Of a stretch of 64,000 bases of DNA, positions 1 to 14,300 are shown one piece after another. Below the pieces are notes generated by a model. It did not search any database. It saw nothing but the letters and a program-made list of their open reading frames with translations, and had not been told where the DNA came from. Position 1 is the stretch's first letter. Each line of letters opens with the position of its first letter. Source of the DNA: Escherichia coli (GTDB lineage Bacteria > Pseudomonadota > Gammaproteobacteria > Enterobacterales > Enterobacteriaceae); the NCBI RefSeq assembly GCF_048403405.1, contig NZ_CP183129.1, one strand, 5' to 3'. Position numbers and translations under genes: made by a program.

Positions 1-668
1 CAGTGAATCAGAATGAGGATTCAGTGATTCCTGCTGGATGACATACAAACAGGCTAGGGCAGAAGGTGCGCAAGTTCGTAAGGACTAGCACGGCATGACC
101 GCCATTTTTTATACCATCCTGGAGAAGGAAAACGACACCGGAGAAATTGACCATATCCCGATGCTGAAAACCTTTGTCGTGTTTAATGTCGAACAAATTG
201 ATGGCCTCTCACTGACGGCAGATACCGTTGCCCCACAAGCGACGTTTGACGCGTTGCCACAGGCTGAAAATCTGTTCTGTAACAGCGGTGCTAACATCAT
301 TGAGAAAGGACAAAACGCCTTTTTCATGCCATCAACAGATGAGGTTTTGTTACCTGAACGTCGTTTTTTTCCGATGCCGCTAGCTTTTATGCCACGGATC
401 TGCATGAGATTGTTCACTGGAGCGATGGCAAAAGTCGCCTGAACCGCGAAATGAAAGGAAGATTTAGCAGTGAAAATTATGCATTTGAAGAGTTGATCGC
501 CGAGCTGGGAAGCGTGTTCCTGATGGCGGATCTGGGGATTGTCGGATAGGTTCAGCACGAAAGTTATATTGCTTCTTGGCTGAAAGCACTGAAAAACGAT
601 AAGCGCTATATTTTTAAAGCCGCCAGGCAGCATCGAAAGCGCATCGTTATATGATGGATAAGGTCTGA
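1..668 (+). pseudogene. ArdC-like antirestriction protein (DUF1738-type N-domain plus HExxH metalloprotease domain), decayed copy; 5' end outside window
   Basis: Conceptual translation parallels the intact ArdC at 61927-62901 (WMTYKQA..VRK, FNVEQIDGL, HEIVHW, ENYAFEELIAELG). It requires reading through in-frame stops TGA 14-16, TAG 86-88 and TAG 547-549, plus a frameshift in the T7 run 364-370. Confidence 0.75.
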
Positions 669-1188
669 ACAGAGGAATAAGACGCCGCAAAGGAATGCGG
701 CCTTAACCTTATTTTTGGATCTGGCAGAGTGACATAGATTTCAATTTCCCTGCGAATGCGGACGGTAAAGAGCCCGCTCATCCTGCAAACTACATTTTTA
801 TACTGTTGATAATAGGGTATTCCTTAGTCATGGTAATAAGGCTCAGAAAGCCATATTTAGCTTTCCATAATGGAATATTATCGCCACCTTGAAGAATTCT
901 TTGTTCCGGTTACAGAATCTGCATTTTTATTGAGAGCAAGGGATTTAACCTGCCACGGCGTGGTCAGATTAAGGATGTGGGCATAGAGCGATTTTTCGGC
1001 CATTAATTTGACGCTGATGCTTACTTTAAATTGTTATTATTTTTTGCCCACTTTTTTAATCTTCCATTCGCGTTGGTATAAGGCGAAGATGTATTAAATG
1101 AGATCATTCGGCCCATCGTCCATTTTTTGTATCATGGTTCACCATACAAAACATCATCAGTTCGTTCATCAATAAGCTTTTGTAGTGG

Positions 1189-3778
<2,590 letters not shown>

Positions 3779-3802
3779 GATTTCGGACCTTCCTTAAACA
3801 CT

Positions 3803-3991
3803 TCAGCGGTTGGCTAATTTGAGGTTGATCCATTCATCAATTTCAGATTCGAGCCAGGCTACGCTGGCAGGGCCAACCTTTATTATTGAACGAGGAAAAG
3901 AGCCCCCTTTCATATACAGATAGATTTGCGAGCGTTTCAGACCGGTTTTTTCTTCGACCTGTTTCAGGCGTAATAACTGATGTGATGTCAT
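3803..3991 (-). CDS. alpA: AlpA-family HTH regulator (prophage/island excision-type regulator)
   Basis: MTSHQLLRLKQVEEKTGLKRSQIYLYMKGGSFPRSIIKVGPASVAWLESEIDEWI is the AlpA/Phage_AlpA pattern. The internal ATG at 3989-3991 is chosen over the longer track ORF. Confidence 0.8.
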   Translation of the reverse strand: MTSHQLLRLKQVEEKTGLKRSQIYLYMKGGSFPRSIIKVGPASVAWLESEIDEWINLKLANR

Positions 3992-5212
3992 GATTTTCTC
4001 CAGTGTAGAGTGGGGTTGGAGAAGATAAAAAAGCATAAGCGAAGGTGAAGAAGAAAGCACGTAAGCCCGTATTAAGAGTTTTTGAGTTCTTAATACGTAT
4101 TTCAGTATAATGGTGAGTTAAATCAATAAGGCACTGAAGTGGGAGAACCGCGTTCAAGTGCTGTTTTCAGTGTATCGCCGCTGAATTTGTCAGTAATACC
4201 TTCGGTAGATGCCCATTGTTCGAAAATGGATAAAAGCTTGTAAGGTTTTCCTAGTAATGGACTGATGACTTCATTATGTTTACATGAAAGCCAGAAAAGA
4301 CGAGATAAAGGGCTGGATATGCGTGTCGATGTTGGAGTGTGTTTAATATTTACATAGGCATTCATCAGCTTTTGTAGTTCAGTCAGGCGAATTACAAAAC
4401 AGGAATCTTGTGGTAATTTATAAATAGGGAAATATTCTTTGTCACTGGATTTATGAGTTTCATTCGATTAATGTTGTTATAAATCTCAGATTTTAGTTCT
4501 TCAGGTAATTACATTAGTTGTTGGCTAATTAGTTCTTTTCATGTTATTTTCTCAAACGCTTGAAATAGAGTTCTTGATAATAAAACTGAAATGCCATAAT
4601 TAATACATTGATTGCCTGTGATTGGTGGTGATATATTGATTGAGTGCGCCAGTAAGTGTTGAATTGTTACGAATTCATACCCGATCAGAGTGGTATCAAT
4701 GACCCATTTTTTTAGAATGAATATATTTATCTTGAGTGAGTGTGGTATAATTTATATGTTTAATGAAACAATGTGTATCAAGATAGCATAAACGATCTGT
4801 GAGAGAGTTTCCTATTTTTTTCAATTTAATTTTATTCTTAATTTTTGTGACTTTCCTTAATATAATTGTAGATTGAAAGTATATAGATAAATAAATGTTT
4901 CAAGATAGCGCATGGCGATAAACGTCGCTGTCGGTTAATTGTTTCTCTGTTTTTTTCTGGTTGGCTAGGTATACAGCTTCAGGTATGGTTAACCAATCGG
5001 ATTTATTTTTAATAATAGTATTTTTTGTTTTATTGTTAAACATAATTTTTCCTTATTTATATGAGTGCTAATATATTGATGGTTTTTTATAATTTATTCG
5101 TGTTTTGGTGTGAATATATGAATTGAATTGTCATATCTTTTATATGACCTATAGTCAGTCAAATAATACTTAAAACTAACTGTTAATATATAATTTCATT
5201 GTGGTCGTATAA

Positions 5213-5962
5213 CTATAATAAATGATGTGGCAGGTTGCTTTTTATATCACCCCATGTTAAGAATTTATAGTTAAATGGATGGTGATATGTGATTATGGAT
5301 ATTTTATAGCTATCTAATATTGATTTGGTAATATATGAAAGATGAGCAGAGTAATGCTGTTCTATAAAATATAATTTATCAAATTGATCTCTCTTTATAT
5401 AAAAATCTAAATTCTTAATGATTTCTTCTGATAATCCAATGCCTCTTGATTTAATATAGGCTTCTTTTAATGTCCACATCTTATAGAAATTATGTTTTTT
5501 TTGAGTCTCGTCAAAATAAGATAGGTATTTTTTTTCTTTTTTTGAGAAATAATAATCTATAATGCTATTTATTTCTATATCACGGTTGAAATATTCAATA
5601 TCAATACCAACGGATGATGTATTTGAAATAGCGAGAGCAACACAATTATTTGAATGTGATAAATTGAAGTAAATGCTTTCCTTTGATTCGTTTAAAATAA
5701 ATGGTTTCCCGTACTCATTTTTTGAAAATCTTACATCTTCTGGTGAAATTTTTAAATAAAATGATAAAATATCGCGTAACATGACTCTTGATAGCAAAAA
5801 AATATTTCGTTGTTTTATAAAAGGGTAGTCGAATAACGATGAAATTTCATCGTTATTTAAGATGTGCATTCTGGATTTAGCTTTACTTAAACATGGTATC
5901 GTTTGTAGATTACCAATCCAGATATGCACCTCATTATCTATAAACAAGTTGCTATTACTCAT
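5213..5962 (-). CDS. nrpG: Sfp/EntD-type 4'-phosphopantetheinyl transferase
   Basis: GIDIEY and WTLKEAYIKSRG motifs. It is the last gene of the co-directional siderophore cluster. The symbol is assigned by synteny with P. mirabilis nrpXYRSUTABG, from memory. Confidence 0.8.
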   Translation of the reverse strand: MSNSNLFIDNEVHIWIGNLQTIPCLSKAKSRMHILNNDEISSLFDYPFIKQRNIFLLSRVMLRDILSFYLKISPEDVRFSKNEYGKPFILNESKESIYFNLSHSNNCVALAISNTSSVGIDIEYFNRDIEINSIIDYYFSKKEKKYLSYFDETQKKHNFYKMWTLKEAYIKSRGIGLSEEIIKNLDFYIKRDQFDKLYFIEQHYSAHLSYITKSILDSYKISIITYHHPFNYKFLTWGDIKSNLPHHLL

Positions 5963-5974
5963 TGCATTTGGCTA

Positions 5975-7702
5975 TTAGCATAACGCTTTCTGTTGTAACC
6001 ATAAATGTGCATATAAGCCATTTTTTGCAAGTAACTCAGCATGTTTTCCTTGTTCTGCTATTTTTCCATTTTCCATTACGATAATGTTATCGGCATTTTT
6101 AATGCTATTTAATCGATGGGCAATCATAATGATTGTCTTATCTTTTGATAACAATGATAAAGCTTGTTGAATTAATACTTCTGATGAACAATCGATACTC
6201 GATGTTGCTTCGTCAATCAGTAAAATTGGTGCATTTTTTAATAAAGTTCTAGCAAGAGAAAGACGTTGACGTTCTCCACCTGAGAGTAACATACCACCGT
6301 AACCAATAGGAGTATCATAATTTTGTGGTTTTTGTATAATAAACTCATGTGCATTAGCTAATTTAGCTGCAGTTATTATTTCATCATCGTGAGCATCTGT
6401 TTTTCCCATTAAAATATTATCTTTAATTGTTCCTGAAAATAAAACGACATCTTGATAAACAGAAGATACATATGAACAGAGTTTATCGGAATTTATTTGG
6501 TTAATATTAATATCATCTAGCAATATTTCACCTTGGTTAACATCCCATAGACGAGAAATAAGCTGTAGTAAAGTGCTTTTCCCTGAGCCACTAGGGCCAA
6601 CAATAGCAGTAAAGCTTTTTTCAGGAAAACAGCAAGATATATTATCTAATGTTAATTGACTATTATAAGGATAAATAAAGCTTACATTGTTAAAATAGAT
6701 ATCTGTTCTTATTGGTAATTGAGTATATTTAGGCTCAGAAAGTGGAACCACTTTCATTACTTCTTCTATGCGTTGTAATGATTTTTGTGCATAATTTAAC
6801 AACATACTGGATAATCCTAAATCAAAGAATTGTCGATAAATGGGGAGTGCTAATACAAGGAAAAAAACGAATTGAGAAGGAGAAAGTGAGCCACTAATTA
6901 AACGGCTTGTTCCTATTATCATTAATAAAATAAAACCTGATTCAAGAATAAAACCATAAAGTGCAATCCAAGGGGCAGGCTTGGAATCTAGAACTATTTG
7001 GGTTTTATTTTGTGTTTCTAAGGCTGCTTTTAGTTTTTTCCATGCAGGACCAAGTCGCCCAAAACTACGAATAACCATAATTCCTTGGATATAATCGAGT
7101 AATTCGGATTGTACATTGGCATTAGCATCAGCTGCCTGTTGTGCAGCTTTTAACATTATTTTATGGCTTATGGATAATGCGAACAGAGCGATTGGAATAG
7201 AAAATAATATAATTAAAGTGAGTTGCCAATCTACCCATACTAAGAATAGTGAGAGAAAAACAGGCATCGCTAAAGTACTGATAAACATTCCTAAGAAATG
7301 TGACCAGATATTTTCAATGATCTCTAAATCAGCAGTAAGCCGTGATGCAAGATCACCACTGCGTTGAGAAGAAAACCAGCCAATCGGGATTTTTCGTAAA
7401 TGATCGGCTATTCTTAGACGGGCTTGTCCCATCATTTTATAAGCACCAATAAAAATCATTGGCATACTATAAGTACCAATGACAATACGCAGAACAATAG
7501 ATAAGAGTATTGATAAAAAGTAATAAAATAACTGAGCTAGTGTGATTTTATTGGCAAAAAGATCAATTAATAAAAAATAGAGTAGAATATACGGAATAGT
7601 AGCAAAAAGACCTTCAACTACGGCAAGGCATAGACCCACCATTAAATCTTTATCTTTTTTATTAGAAAGCAAATAACCTGATTTAATTAATTCTTTAATC
7701 AT
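5975..7702 (-). CDS. nrpB: ABC exporter, fused permease/ATPase (YbtQ/Irp7-like)
   Basis: N-terminal multi-TM domain. NBD has Walker A GPSGSGKST, signature LSGGERQRL and Walker B LLIDEATS. There is an 8-nt overlap with the upstream ABC gene. Confidence 0.85.
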   Translation of the reverse strand: MIKELIKSGYLLSNKKDKDLMVGLCLAVVEGLFATIPYILLYFLLIDLFANKITLAQLFYYFLSILLSIVLRIVIGTYSMPMIFIGAYKMMGQARLRIADHLRKIPIGWFSSQRSGDLASRLTADLEIIENIWSHFLGMFISTLAMPVFLSLFLVWVDWQLTLIILFSIPIALFALSISHKIMLKAAQQAADANANVQSELLDYIQGIMVIRSFGRLGPAWKKLKAALETQNKTQIVLDSKPAPWIALYGFILESGFILLMIIGTSRLISGSLSPSQFVFFLVLALPIYRQFFDLGLSSMLLNYAQKSLQRIEEVMKVVPLSEPKYTQLPIRTDIYFNNVSFIYPYNSQLTLDNISCCFPEKSFTAIVGPSGSGKSTLLQLISRLWDVNQGEILLDDININQINSDKLCSYVSSVYQDVVLFSGTIKDNILMGKTDAHDDEIITAAKLANAHEFIIQKPQNYDTPIGYGGMLLSGGERQRLSLARTLLKNAPILLIDEATSSIDCSSEVLIQQALSLLSKDKTIIMIAHRLNSIKNADNIIVMENGKIAEQGKHAELLAKNGLYAHLWLQQKALC

Positions 7703-9461
7703 TATTATTCTCCTGGATTAATTGCCAATGAATAGTGTGACTATAATCATTCCATAATTTTTGATAGGTTGGGCATTGGTTTAATAAATGGGTGTGTGTA
7801 CCTGTATCAATAATCTTTCCATTATCAAGCACAATAATTTTATCTGCGTTAATAATAGTATGTAGGTTATGAGTGATCATAATAACAGTCCGATTCTGGC
7901 ATAGACTCTTTAATGCGCGATAGATCAAAATTTCATTTTCAGCATCAACATTGGCAGTAATTTCATCGAGAAGTAGGATTGGAGAGTTTTTTAATAGTGC
8001 TCTTGCAATTGATAATCGCTGTTTCTCTCCACCTGAAAGTTTATTTCCTTGTTCACCAATTAATGTATTATATCCTGCTGGGAGTTTTTCAATAACATGA
8101 TGAATATTGGCTGCTTTAGTTGCTTTGATAATATCCTCAAATAAGGCATTAGGATTTGCTATGAGTAAATTTTCTAAAATAGTTCCATGAAATAGATATA
8201 CATCTTGAAAAACAACACTTATTTGAGAAAGTAAATCAATTTCTGGCCAGTAGTTGATATCATATTGACCTATTTTTATTTGGCCAGAAGTACAATCATA
8301 AAAACGGGGAATTAGTTTTAATAATGAGGATTTTCCTGCACCACTGTGGCCTACAATTGCAGTTGTTGTACCCGCTTGGGCATTAAAACTAATTTTCTCT
8401 AATATCGGTTTATCACCATGATCCAAACAGACATCTTTAAAAGTAATATCGCTATTTTTAGGGAGAGTAAAATGTTTATCATGTTGTTTATGCTCTGAAA
8501 GTTCAAGGATCATACTGATATGTTTTAAGGTTTGTTTTCGTTGAGCTTGTTCTCCTAGCACAAATGTTAGTCGTAATAACGGCGCAAGTACGAGGGGGGA
8601 TGTCATTAAAAATAAAATATAAGTAGATAAATCAATATTTTGATTCAAATACATCCACCCACCTACTGGTGCTATAATAACGAGATTCGCTGTTAATATC
8701 CCACTAAATACCATCCAAGAGCCTGTACTAGCTTTGACATTATTTTTTATCCATTTAACAGAGGAATTGATAGATTGAGATAATTTACCAAAAGTATGGG
8801 AGGTTAAGTTAAACGCTTTTATTTCTCGTATTCCTTTAATATATTCTCCTATTTCATTAGCAATTTTTTTCTGAATATTCATCCACTCATTGGTTTGTTT
8901 ATTGGCTCGACGCAACATAAGAAGTTGAGCCATAAAAGCAATGGGTAATGGGGTTAGAGATAATAAGGCAAGAGGCCAATTTACATAAAAAAGTAATATA
9001 ATAGCGATAAAGGGAGTCACTATGGCTGAGACGAGATCAGGTAGCATATGTGCGAAAAAACCTTCTAAGCTTTTTATATCATCATTGATAATACGTCGCA
9101 GATTTCCACTGCCATATTGAGCAAAAAATGATAATGGTACTTTACTGATTTTTTTAGCTATTGCGAGTTGTAATTGATGCTGAATATAAAAAGCACCCCG
9201 ATGTGCGGCAATATGACTTATTGCCATTAATCCCCAACGTAAAATTAAAATAATCACAGTGATATAAACTAGATTATTTATTTGTTGAATATTAGGTGAT
9301 GTTGAAAAACAAATCTGGCTGATTTTATAGATGATCCATAATGGTGCTAAACTTAGCATTGTTGAGATTATTGCCATAATAATGCCACTAATCAGAGGGA
9401 GTGGGGCTAATTTTATTAAAATACGAAAGTTAAGTGGCAAAGTATCAATTGTTTTATTCAT
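7695..9461 (-). CDS. nrpA: ABC exporter, fused permease/ATPase (YbtP/Irp6-like)
   Basis: Multi-TM N-domain. NBD has GHSGAGKSS, LSGGEKQRL and LLLDEITA. Confidence 0.85.
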   Translation of the reverse strand: MNKTIDTLPLNFRILIKLAPLPLISGIIMAIISTMLSLAPLWIIYKISQICFSTSPNIQQINNLVYITVIILILRWGLMAISHIAAHRGAFYIQHQLQLAIAKKISKVPLSFFAQYGSGNLRRIINDDIKSLEGFFAHMLPDLVSAIVTPFIAIILLFYVNWPLALLSLTPLPIAFMAQLLMLRRANKQTNEWMNIQKKIANEIGEYIKGIREIKAFNLTSHTFGKLSQSINSSVKWIKNNVKASTGSWMVFSGILTANLVIIAPVGGWMYLNQNIDLSTYILFLMTSPLVLAPLLRLTFVLGEQAQRKQTLKHISMILELSEHKQHDKHFTLPKNSDITFKDVCLDHGDKPILEKISFNAQAGTTTAIVGHSGAGKSSLLKLIPRFYDCTSGQIKIGQYDINYWPEIDLLSQISVVFQDVYLFHGTILENLLIANPNALFEDIIKATKAANIHHVIEKLPAGYNTLIGEQGNKLSGGEKQRLSIARALLKNSPILLLDEITANVDAENEILIYRALKSLCQNRTVIMITHNLHTIINADKIIVLDNGKIIDTGTHTHLLNQCPTYQKLWNDYSHTIHWQLIQENNND

Positions 9462-9479
9462 ATATATTACCTAATCAAT

Positions 9480-10253
9480 TTAATCATTGATAAATTGGTG
9501 ATAAAAATCAATAATAAAACGACAAAAAGTATTTGGGCGTGTAATTGGATAAAAGTGATCTCCAGCGATGCAATTAATAGTGCAATGCTTATCTATCCAA
9601 TCTTGCCATGCTTCAACTTCGTTTTTATCAGCTTCACTATCATGACTACCATACATTAATAAAACAGGGGTATGAAAAAGCCGTTTAGTGCTTTTTTGAA
9701 AAAAATAACGCTCGGTAGCAAGGAAATCAGCACGTAATAATGGCATAAACTGTTTTAACAACTGTGGCTGCTTGATTAATTCAGCATCACATCCACCAAT
9801 GGCAATTAATTGTTGAATAAAGTCATCATCATTTAAATCACTCAGTAATCTCCTTGCTTGAATATGAGGAGCTTGGCAGCCTGATAATATTAGTCCAGAT
9901 AATTCCCAGCCATTTTTTTCTAATTGAATAGCAGTTTCAAAGGCAACTTGGGCCCCCATACTGTGACCGCAAAGTAATAATGAATTATGCCGTGGTGGAT
10001 AAAATTTCTTTATTATTGTTATTAATTCATTGGCTAATAACCCAATATCATTAAAGGCTGGTTCTTTAAATCTGCAACCATGGCCAGAGTAATTAACTAA
10101 TTGACAATTTAACCCTGAAATATCGGTAGATCTCCACGAGTTAAATGCACTATTACTGGCACCAGCAAATGGGCAAACCAATAGGTTAGCATTGTCTTTA
10201 TTTACATTTTGCTCATTTAAAGGAGTAATATATTTGGGAGATTGTTTTATCAT
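9480..10253 (-). CDS. nrpT: Type II (editing) thioesterase, YbtT-like
   Basis: Alpha/beta-hydrolase nucleophile elbow GHSMG, late GDHF motif, about 257 aa, positioned between the reductase and the ABC genes. Confidence 0.8.
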   Translation of the reverse strand: MIKQSPKYITPLNEQNVNKDNANLLVCPFAGASNSAFNSWRSTDISGLNCQLVNYSGHGCRFKEPAFNDIGLLANELITIIKKFYPPRHNSLLLCGHSMGAQVAFETAIQLEKNGWELSGLILSGCQAPHIQARRLLSDLNDDDFIQQLIAIGGCDAELIKQPQLLKQFMPLLRADFLATERYFFQKSTKRLFHTPVLLMYGSHDSEADKNEVEAWQDWIDKHCTINCIAGDHFYPITRPNTFCRFIIDFYHQFIND

Positions 10254-11341
10254 TATTTTCTCCGTCCACTACTTTTGGTGAAGTTCATTCGCTTAAATGG
10301 CGCAATTGTGCCATCAATGGCTTTACCTGCTGTTTGCAATGTTTTTATCCATAATTGAGATAAAGCTAATTGGTAATGGGGTTGTAAAATCATTGGTTTT
10401 TTATCATTAGGTAATTGCCAGCATTTATCTATCTCTGCCAGTAAGTAATTAATAGCTTCTGGTGCTTCACATTCCATCACATCCTGCCAACTATTTGGTG
10501 GAGTATGAAATGAATGAAACAGTGGTTCATCAAGCTCCATCGTGGCAGGAGATTGATACATGGCTTTTTTACTATCTTGGTGATGATGAATATAAAGCGC
10601 ATTATTCCATTCTACTGGCCCATAACTTCCAGCGAGAGTTAAATAACCAGCTGGCCAGCCTAATATCATATGATGCATCACGAGGCTATGCTGATCAGGA
10701 TCGTTAGATGACAAATGTTTTTGTAGGCATAAAAGCAAATCACCAGTAGGGTTGGATAGTCGTAGAAATTGTAGCGGGGTATTATCTTTTTCTAATGTGA
10801 CTGTAATATCATTAGGGTGTAATTTCATTGCTTGGCAATATATATCTAAGGCGGAATAAATTAATTGCCTGCTTGTGATAATTTGTCCCCACACTGGTCG
10901 TTGTTGTATTTGCTGATATATCTTCTGTGTGTTTTCTATCCATAAACGTCCTGCTTTATTATGTGGATAGAGGCTGTTAACGATATAGTGGCAATGCATT
11001 TTTTCTGCTAATGATTGTAGTCTGGTAATTTCATCAGGATGTACAGGATGTTCCTGTACAACCGAGATCCCCCGTTGTAAAAATGCTTGCGCAAGTTGGC
11101 TACCTTCGCCACCAACAATGGCTGATCGCACAACAATACAAGCTAGATCTATTTTTTCAGGTAGTTGATCAAATCGAGTAAAAAGTGGAATACCGAATGC
11201 TTTAGATAATTCTCGAGAACGAGTGCTACCTTTGGAAAAAAGGCCAATAAGATGCCATTTGTCTTGAGGTTGTATAAATGCATTGAGATAAACCTCTCCA
11301 AATTTACTGCCTACAATCACCACTTTTTTTGCCGGTTTCAT
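10253..11341 (-). CDS. nrpU: Thiazolinyl imine reductase (YbtU/Irp3-like oxidoreductase)
   Basis: N-terminal Rossmann-like VVIVGSKFGEVY. Length and position immediately after the HMWP1-like synthase fit. It shows one-nt start/stop overlaps on both sides. Confidence 0.75.
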   Translation of the reverse strand: MKPAKKVVIVGSKFGEVYLNAFIQPQDKWHLIGLFSKGSTRSRELSKAFGIPLFTRFDQLPEKIDLACIVVRSAIVGGEGSQLAQAFLQRGISVVQEHPVHPDEITRLQSLAEKMHCHYIVNSLYPHNKAGRLWIENTQKIYQQIQQRPVWGQIITSRQLIYSALDIYCQAMKLHPNDITVTLEKDNTPLQFLRLSNPTGDLLLCLQKHLSSNDPDQHSLVMHHMILGWPAGYLTLAGSYGPVEWNNALYIHHHQDSKKAMYQSPATMELDEPLFHSFHTPPNSWQDVMECEAPEAINYLLAEIDKCWQLPNDKKPMILQPHYQLALSQLWIKTLQTAGKAIDGTIAPFKRMNFTKSSGRRK

Positions 11342-14300
11342 TAATTACCTCCTTCGGATGGATATCCGTTATTAGAAAGTTTTTGTTGCACCCACTGATC
11401 AATGATTTCGGCCAGATGTGTGCTGGTAGCGCGATCTTGCAGTATTGACCAGTGCTCCCCTGAAAAATAGTGATGTTGGGTATGTGGCGGTAATCGTTGG
11501 TACCACTCTTTTTCAGGTGATGTCCATTCTGTTGGGTGGTTGGTGGCTTCCAGCCATAAACAGGCGATATCATCAGATAATGGTAGGTCACTTTCAGGTA
11601 GGAATGACATAAGTCTTTTAGTGCATGCAAGCTGCTTATTTTCATCTGATGAACTATCTGAGTCATCATGACAAAATTTAATAAAATCATGTCGATAGAC
11701 GGGATCTATTAATACTAATAATACGGAATGATTTTGTTGCGAGAGTTGTTCTGCAAGGTAACTGGCAATAAAAGCACCATATGACCAACCAATAAGAATA
11801 TAAGGGCCAGTCTGTTGTGCTGTTTTTATGCTAGATAAATGTAATGATAACAATGTATCCAAATCAGTTAGTTTTGAAGCATCTGTAACTGTTAATCCCC
11901 ACACTGTATTATTTAACGACTCAGCAAGAGGTAGGTAAACACCGGGATCACCATCAGAAGCATGTACCATAAAGTAGTGGTAAGGTTTTGGAGCAGATAC
12001 AGCGCTTAGAGGTATCAAAGAGGAGTACTCTCGTTGAGATTGCTTTTCCTGCTCTAAATGAGCACAAAAATCGGCTAAGCATGGATAGGTAAAAATCTGT
12101 TGTAATGTTGCTGGATATCCCCGTTGATGTAATTGGCTGATCATTTTGGTTGCAATCAAACTATCTCCTCCAGAACGGAAGAAATCATTTGTACTATTGA
12201 CCTCACGACCTAATAACTCAGACCATAATGCAATGATTTCATTAATCATATTGGTTGGTACATCAGGTATTGCAACAGGTTGTATCTGTTCATTTAGCTC
12301 TTGAGCGGATGATGTTGCTATGCCATTAAGGGTTGCTTCAATATTTTCACATTGGAACAACTCAAAAGAGTCGATATTCTGATCAAGAGAATGAGATAAA
12401 TAATCACGTAATTTACCTAAATAAGGTTTTCCTCCACGAGTGGGAGAGGCTAAAAAGAGTGTTTGTCGCAAAGATGAGGAATCTGTTTGGGGCCATTGAC
12501 CAATAGTTTCAAAACCAGTATTGATTAAAATATCATGCCAACTTTCACTATCAAGCATCGCTTTATTCGTCAATATACGCTTATCTTGATATGCACTTAA
12601 TCCCTCAATAAAGCCAACAGTCGCCATTTGCATAGCACTTTGACACTCGGTTGCTTCGATAAATAATAAATAGCCTTGAGGTTTTAACAGGCTTCTAATC
12701 CGTTTTAGTGCGTGGCCGATATGTGATGCATCATGTAATACATTAGATGCAATGATCAGATCATAGCCATTATCTGGATGATGAGAAAATTGTATTGGTG
12801 CATTAATATCAAAGAGTTGATAGCGCATTTCTCCTACAGCAGTGAATTTTTTTCGCGCTTTATCAAGGAAGTAATGTGATATATCAGTAAAGGTGTATGA
12901 GTAATGCGTATTCTTAAGTACTGCGACTATACCTTGAGTGGTAGCTCCTGTACCTGCCCCTATTTCTAAAATATTGAGTGAAGATGTTGCACCAACCATT
13001 GCACTAACAATATCTTTTGCACATTGATTTAAATAATTTAGTGCAGGGTGTTTGGCGTATAGTGCTGTGGTAATTTCATCTGAATTAAAAAGTAGTGAAA
13101 GAGGAGAAACCTTACCACTAAAGAGTAATTCATGTTGGGTTAGTGATTGTTCAAGGTAATCCCAAAGTACATATTCCCAATCATTAACAGGTTGTTGAAA
13201 TACTGGGGCAGATAAACATAAGTTAATAAACTGTGTTGTGGCATAAAACTGATCACCCTCTTTGGTTAATAAGTGATGCAGGCATAATAAATCTAGCCAC
13301 TGACTAAGTAGCCTCTCATACTGAGGCTTTGCTTTTAAACGAGCCACTATTTCAGCTAGGGTGATTGGTGTGTTTAGCTCGGTAAAAAGAGCATTTCGAT
13401 ACAGTGTGTGACATATGCCATACCGTGCTCGTTCCTCAAATCGTTGCCAACTCTTTTCAATAATGTCACTGAGTGAAGCTGATGGCGAAAGTAAATTAGG
13501 TAACCAATTGGGCTGTTTAATAACGGATAGTGGAATATCAGAAGAGGCTTCAAACAGTAATTGTAGAGGAGGCTCTACTTTCGTATCGTCTTTTACCATT
13601 ACCATAGCATGAGCACGTTTGATTTGCGGATGATTTTCCAATGTTTGCTCGAGTTGTTGATAGCGTGATTGGAGGTGATTATCTATTGCTAAATGTTGAT
13701 ATGAAGGAAGTTGCGCAATAATCTTATCAACTGATTGATTATTATCTTCATCTTGGCATAATTGAGTGATCAAGCTTTGATAATCAGAGAACATCATTGT
13801 TAATAAACCGTCAGCAAAGATGTCATCCATGCAGAACCAATTTAATGTTAGCCCCTCTTTTCCTTCCATTACTTGGTGATCTAACCAAACTTGAGGTGTT
13901 TGCGCGAAGCTATATACGGGTTGGCCGAAAAGCTGATTTAATGCTTCATCAATATTGTCACCATCTAGTGTCATACCTAACATGCTAGTAAATACAATAG
14001 GTAACAGAGATTGGCTACTATCCCCTTTATAGCGTCCCCATTCACGTAAAATCTCTACACCATTTACTTGGGACTTACTTAAATGTTGCCAAAGTCTGCG
14101 CTGTATTTTTGCCATTGACTCATTTAATGTACAGTCGTTATCTAGATAAATATCTATAGGGAGTACAGAGGTAAAATCACCAATAAGTTGTGTAACATCT
14201 GGGTGCCATGGTTGACGATTAAAGAAAGTTAAGTTTAGTGTAAAGGCTGGGTATTTTGTCCAGCGACCTAAAACTAAAGCAAAAAGTGTTAAAAGCCCTG

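Noticed and set aside
6-21. A 16-mer, AATCAGAATGAGGATT, shared between 6-21 and 60593-60608.
   Set aside because: Roughly one chance 16-mer coincidence is expected among all position pairs in 64 kb. The flanks do not align and the two contexts are unrelated (one inside the ArdC pseudogene, the other an RBS region).
109-690. A 193-aa minus-strand ORF at the left edge.
   Set aside because: It lies antisense to the ArdC-like pseudogene, whose plus-strand translation carries recognisable ArdC motifs. The minus-strand product has no motif.
880-1003. A possible ISL3-type transposase N-terminal remnant (MAEKSLYAHILNLTTPWQVKSLAL..., minus strand).
   Set aside because: Only about 25 residues resemble the LGL..PW.V motif. 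The frame stops after 41 codons, and no continuation is recognisable in any frame. That is too little to call.
4123-5043. A possible decayed gene in the AT-rich gap between alpA and nrpG. A 48-codon HTH-like start (MFNNKTKNTIIKNKSDWLTIPEAVYLANQ..., minus strand from 5043) and the 80-aa ORF at 4123-4365 might be its two ends.
   Set aside because: Many stops in all frames lie between the two pieces, and no family is recognised. A single ancestral gene cannot be supported from sequence alone.
11304-11690. Alternate-frame ORFs inside the megasynthase genes (11304-11690, 17019-17417, 13415-13612, 25463-25828 and others).
   Set aside because: They are fully embedded in the 3071-aa and 2034-aa synthases, whose frames carry ordered catalytic motifs. 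AT-rich sequence gives Lys/Ile/Leu-rich spurious frames.
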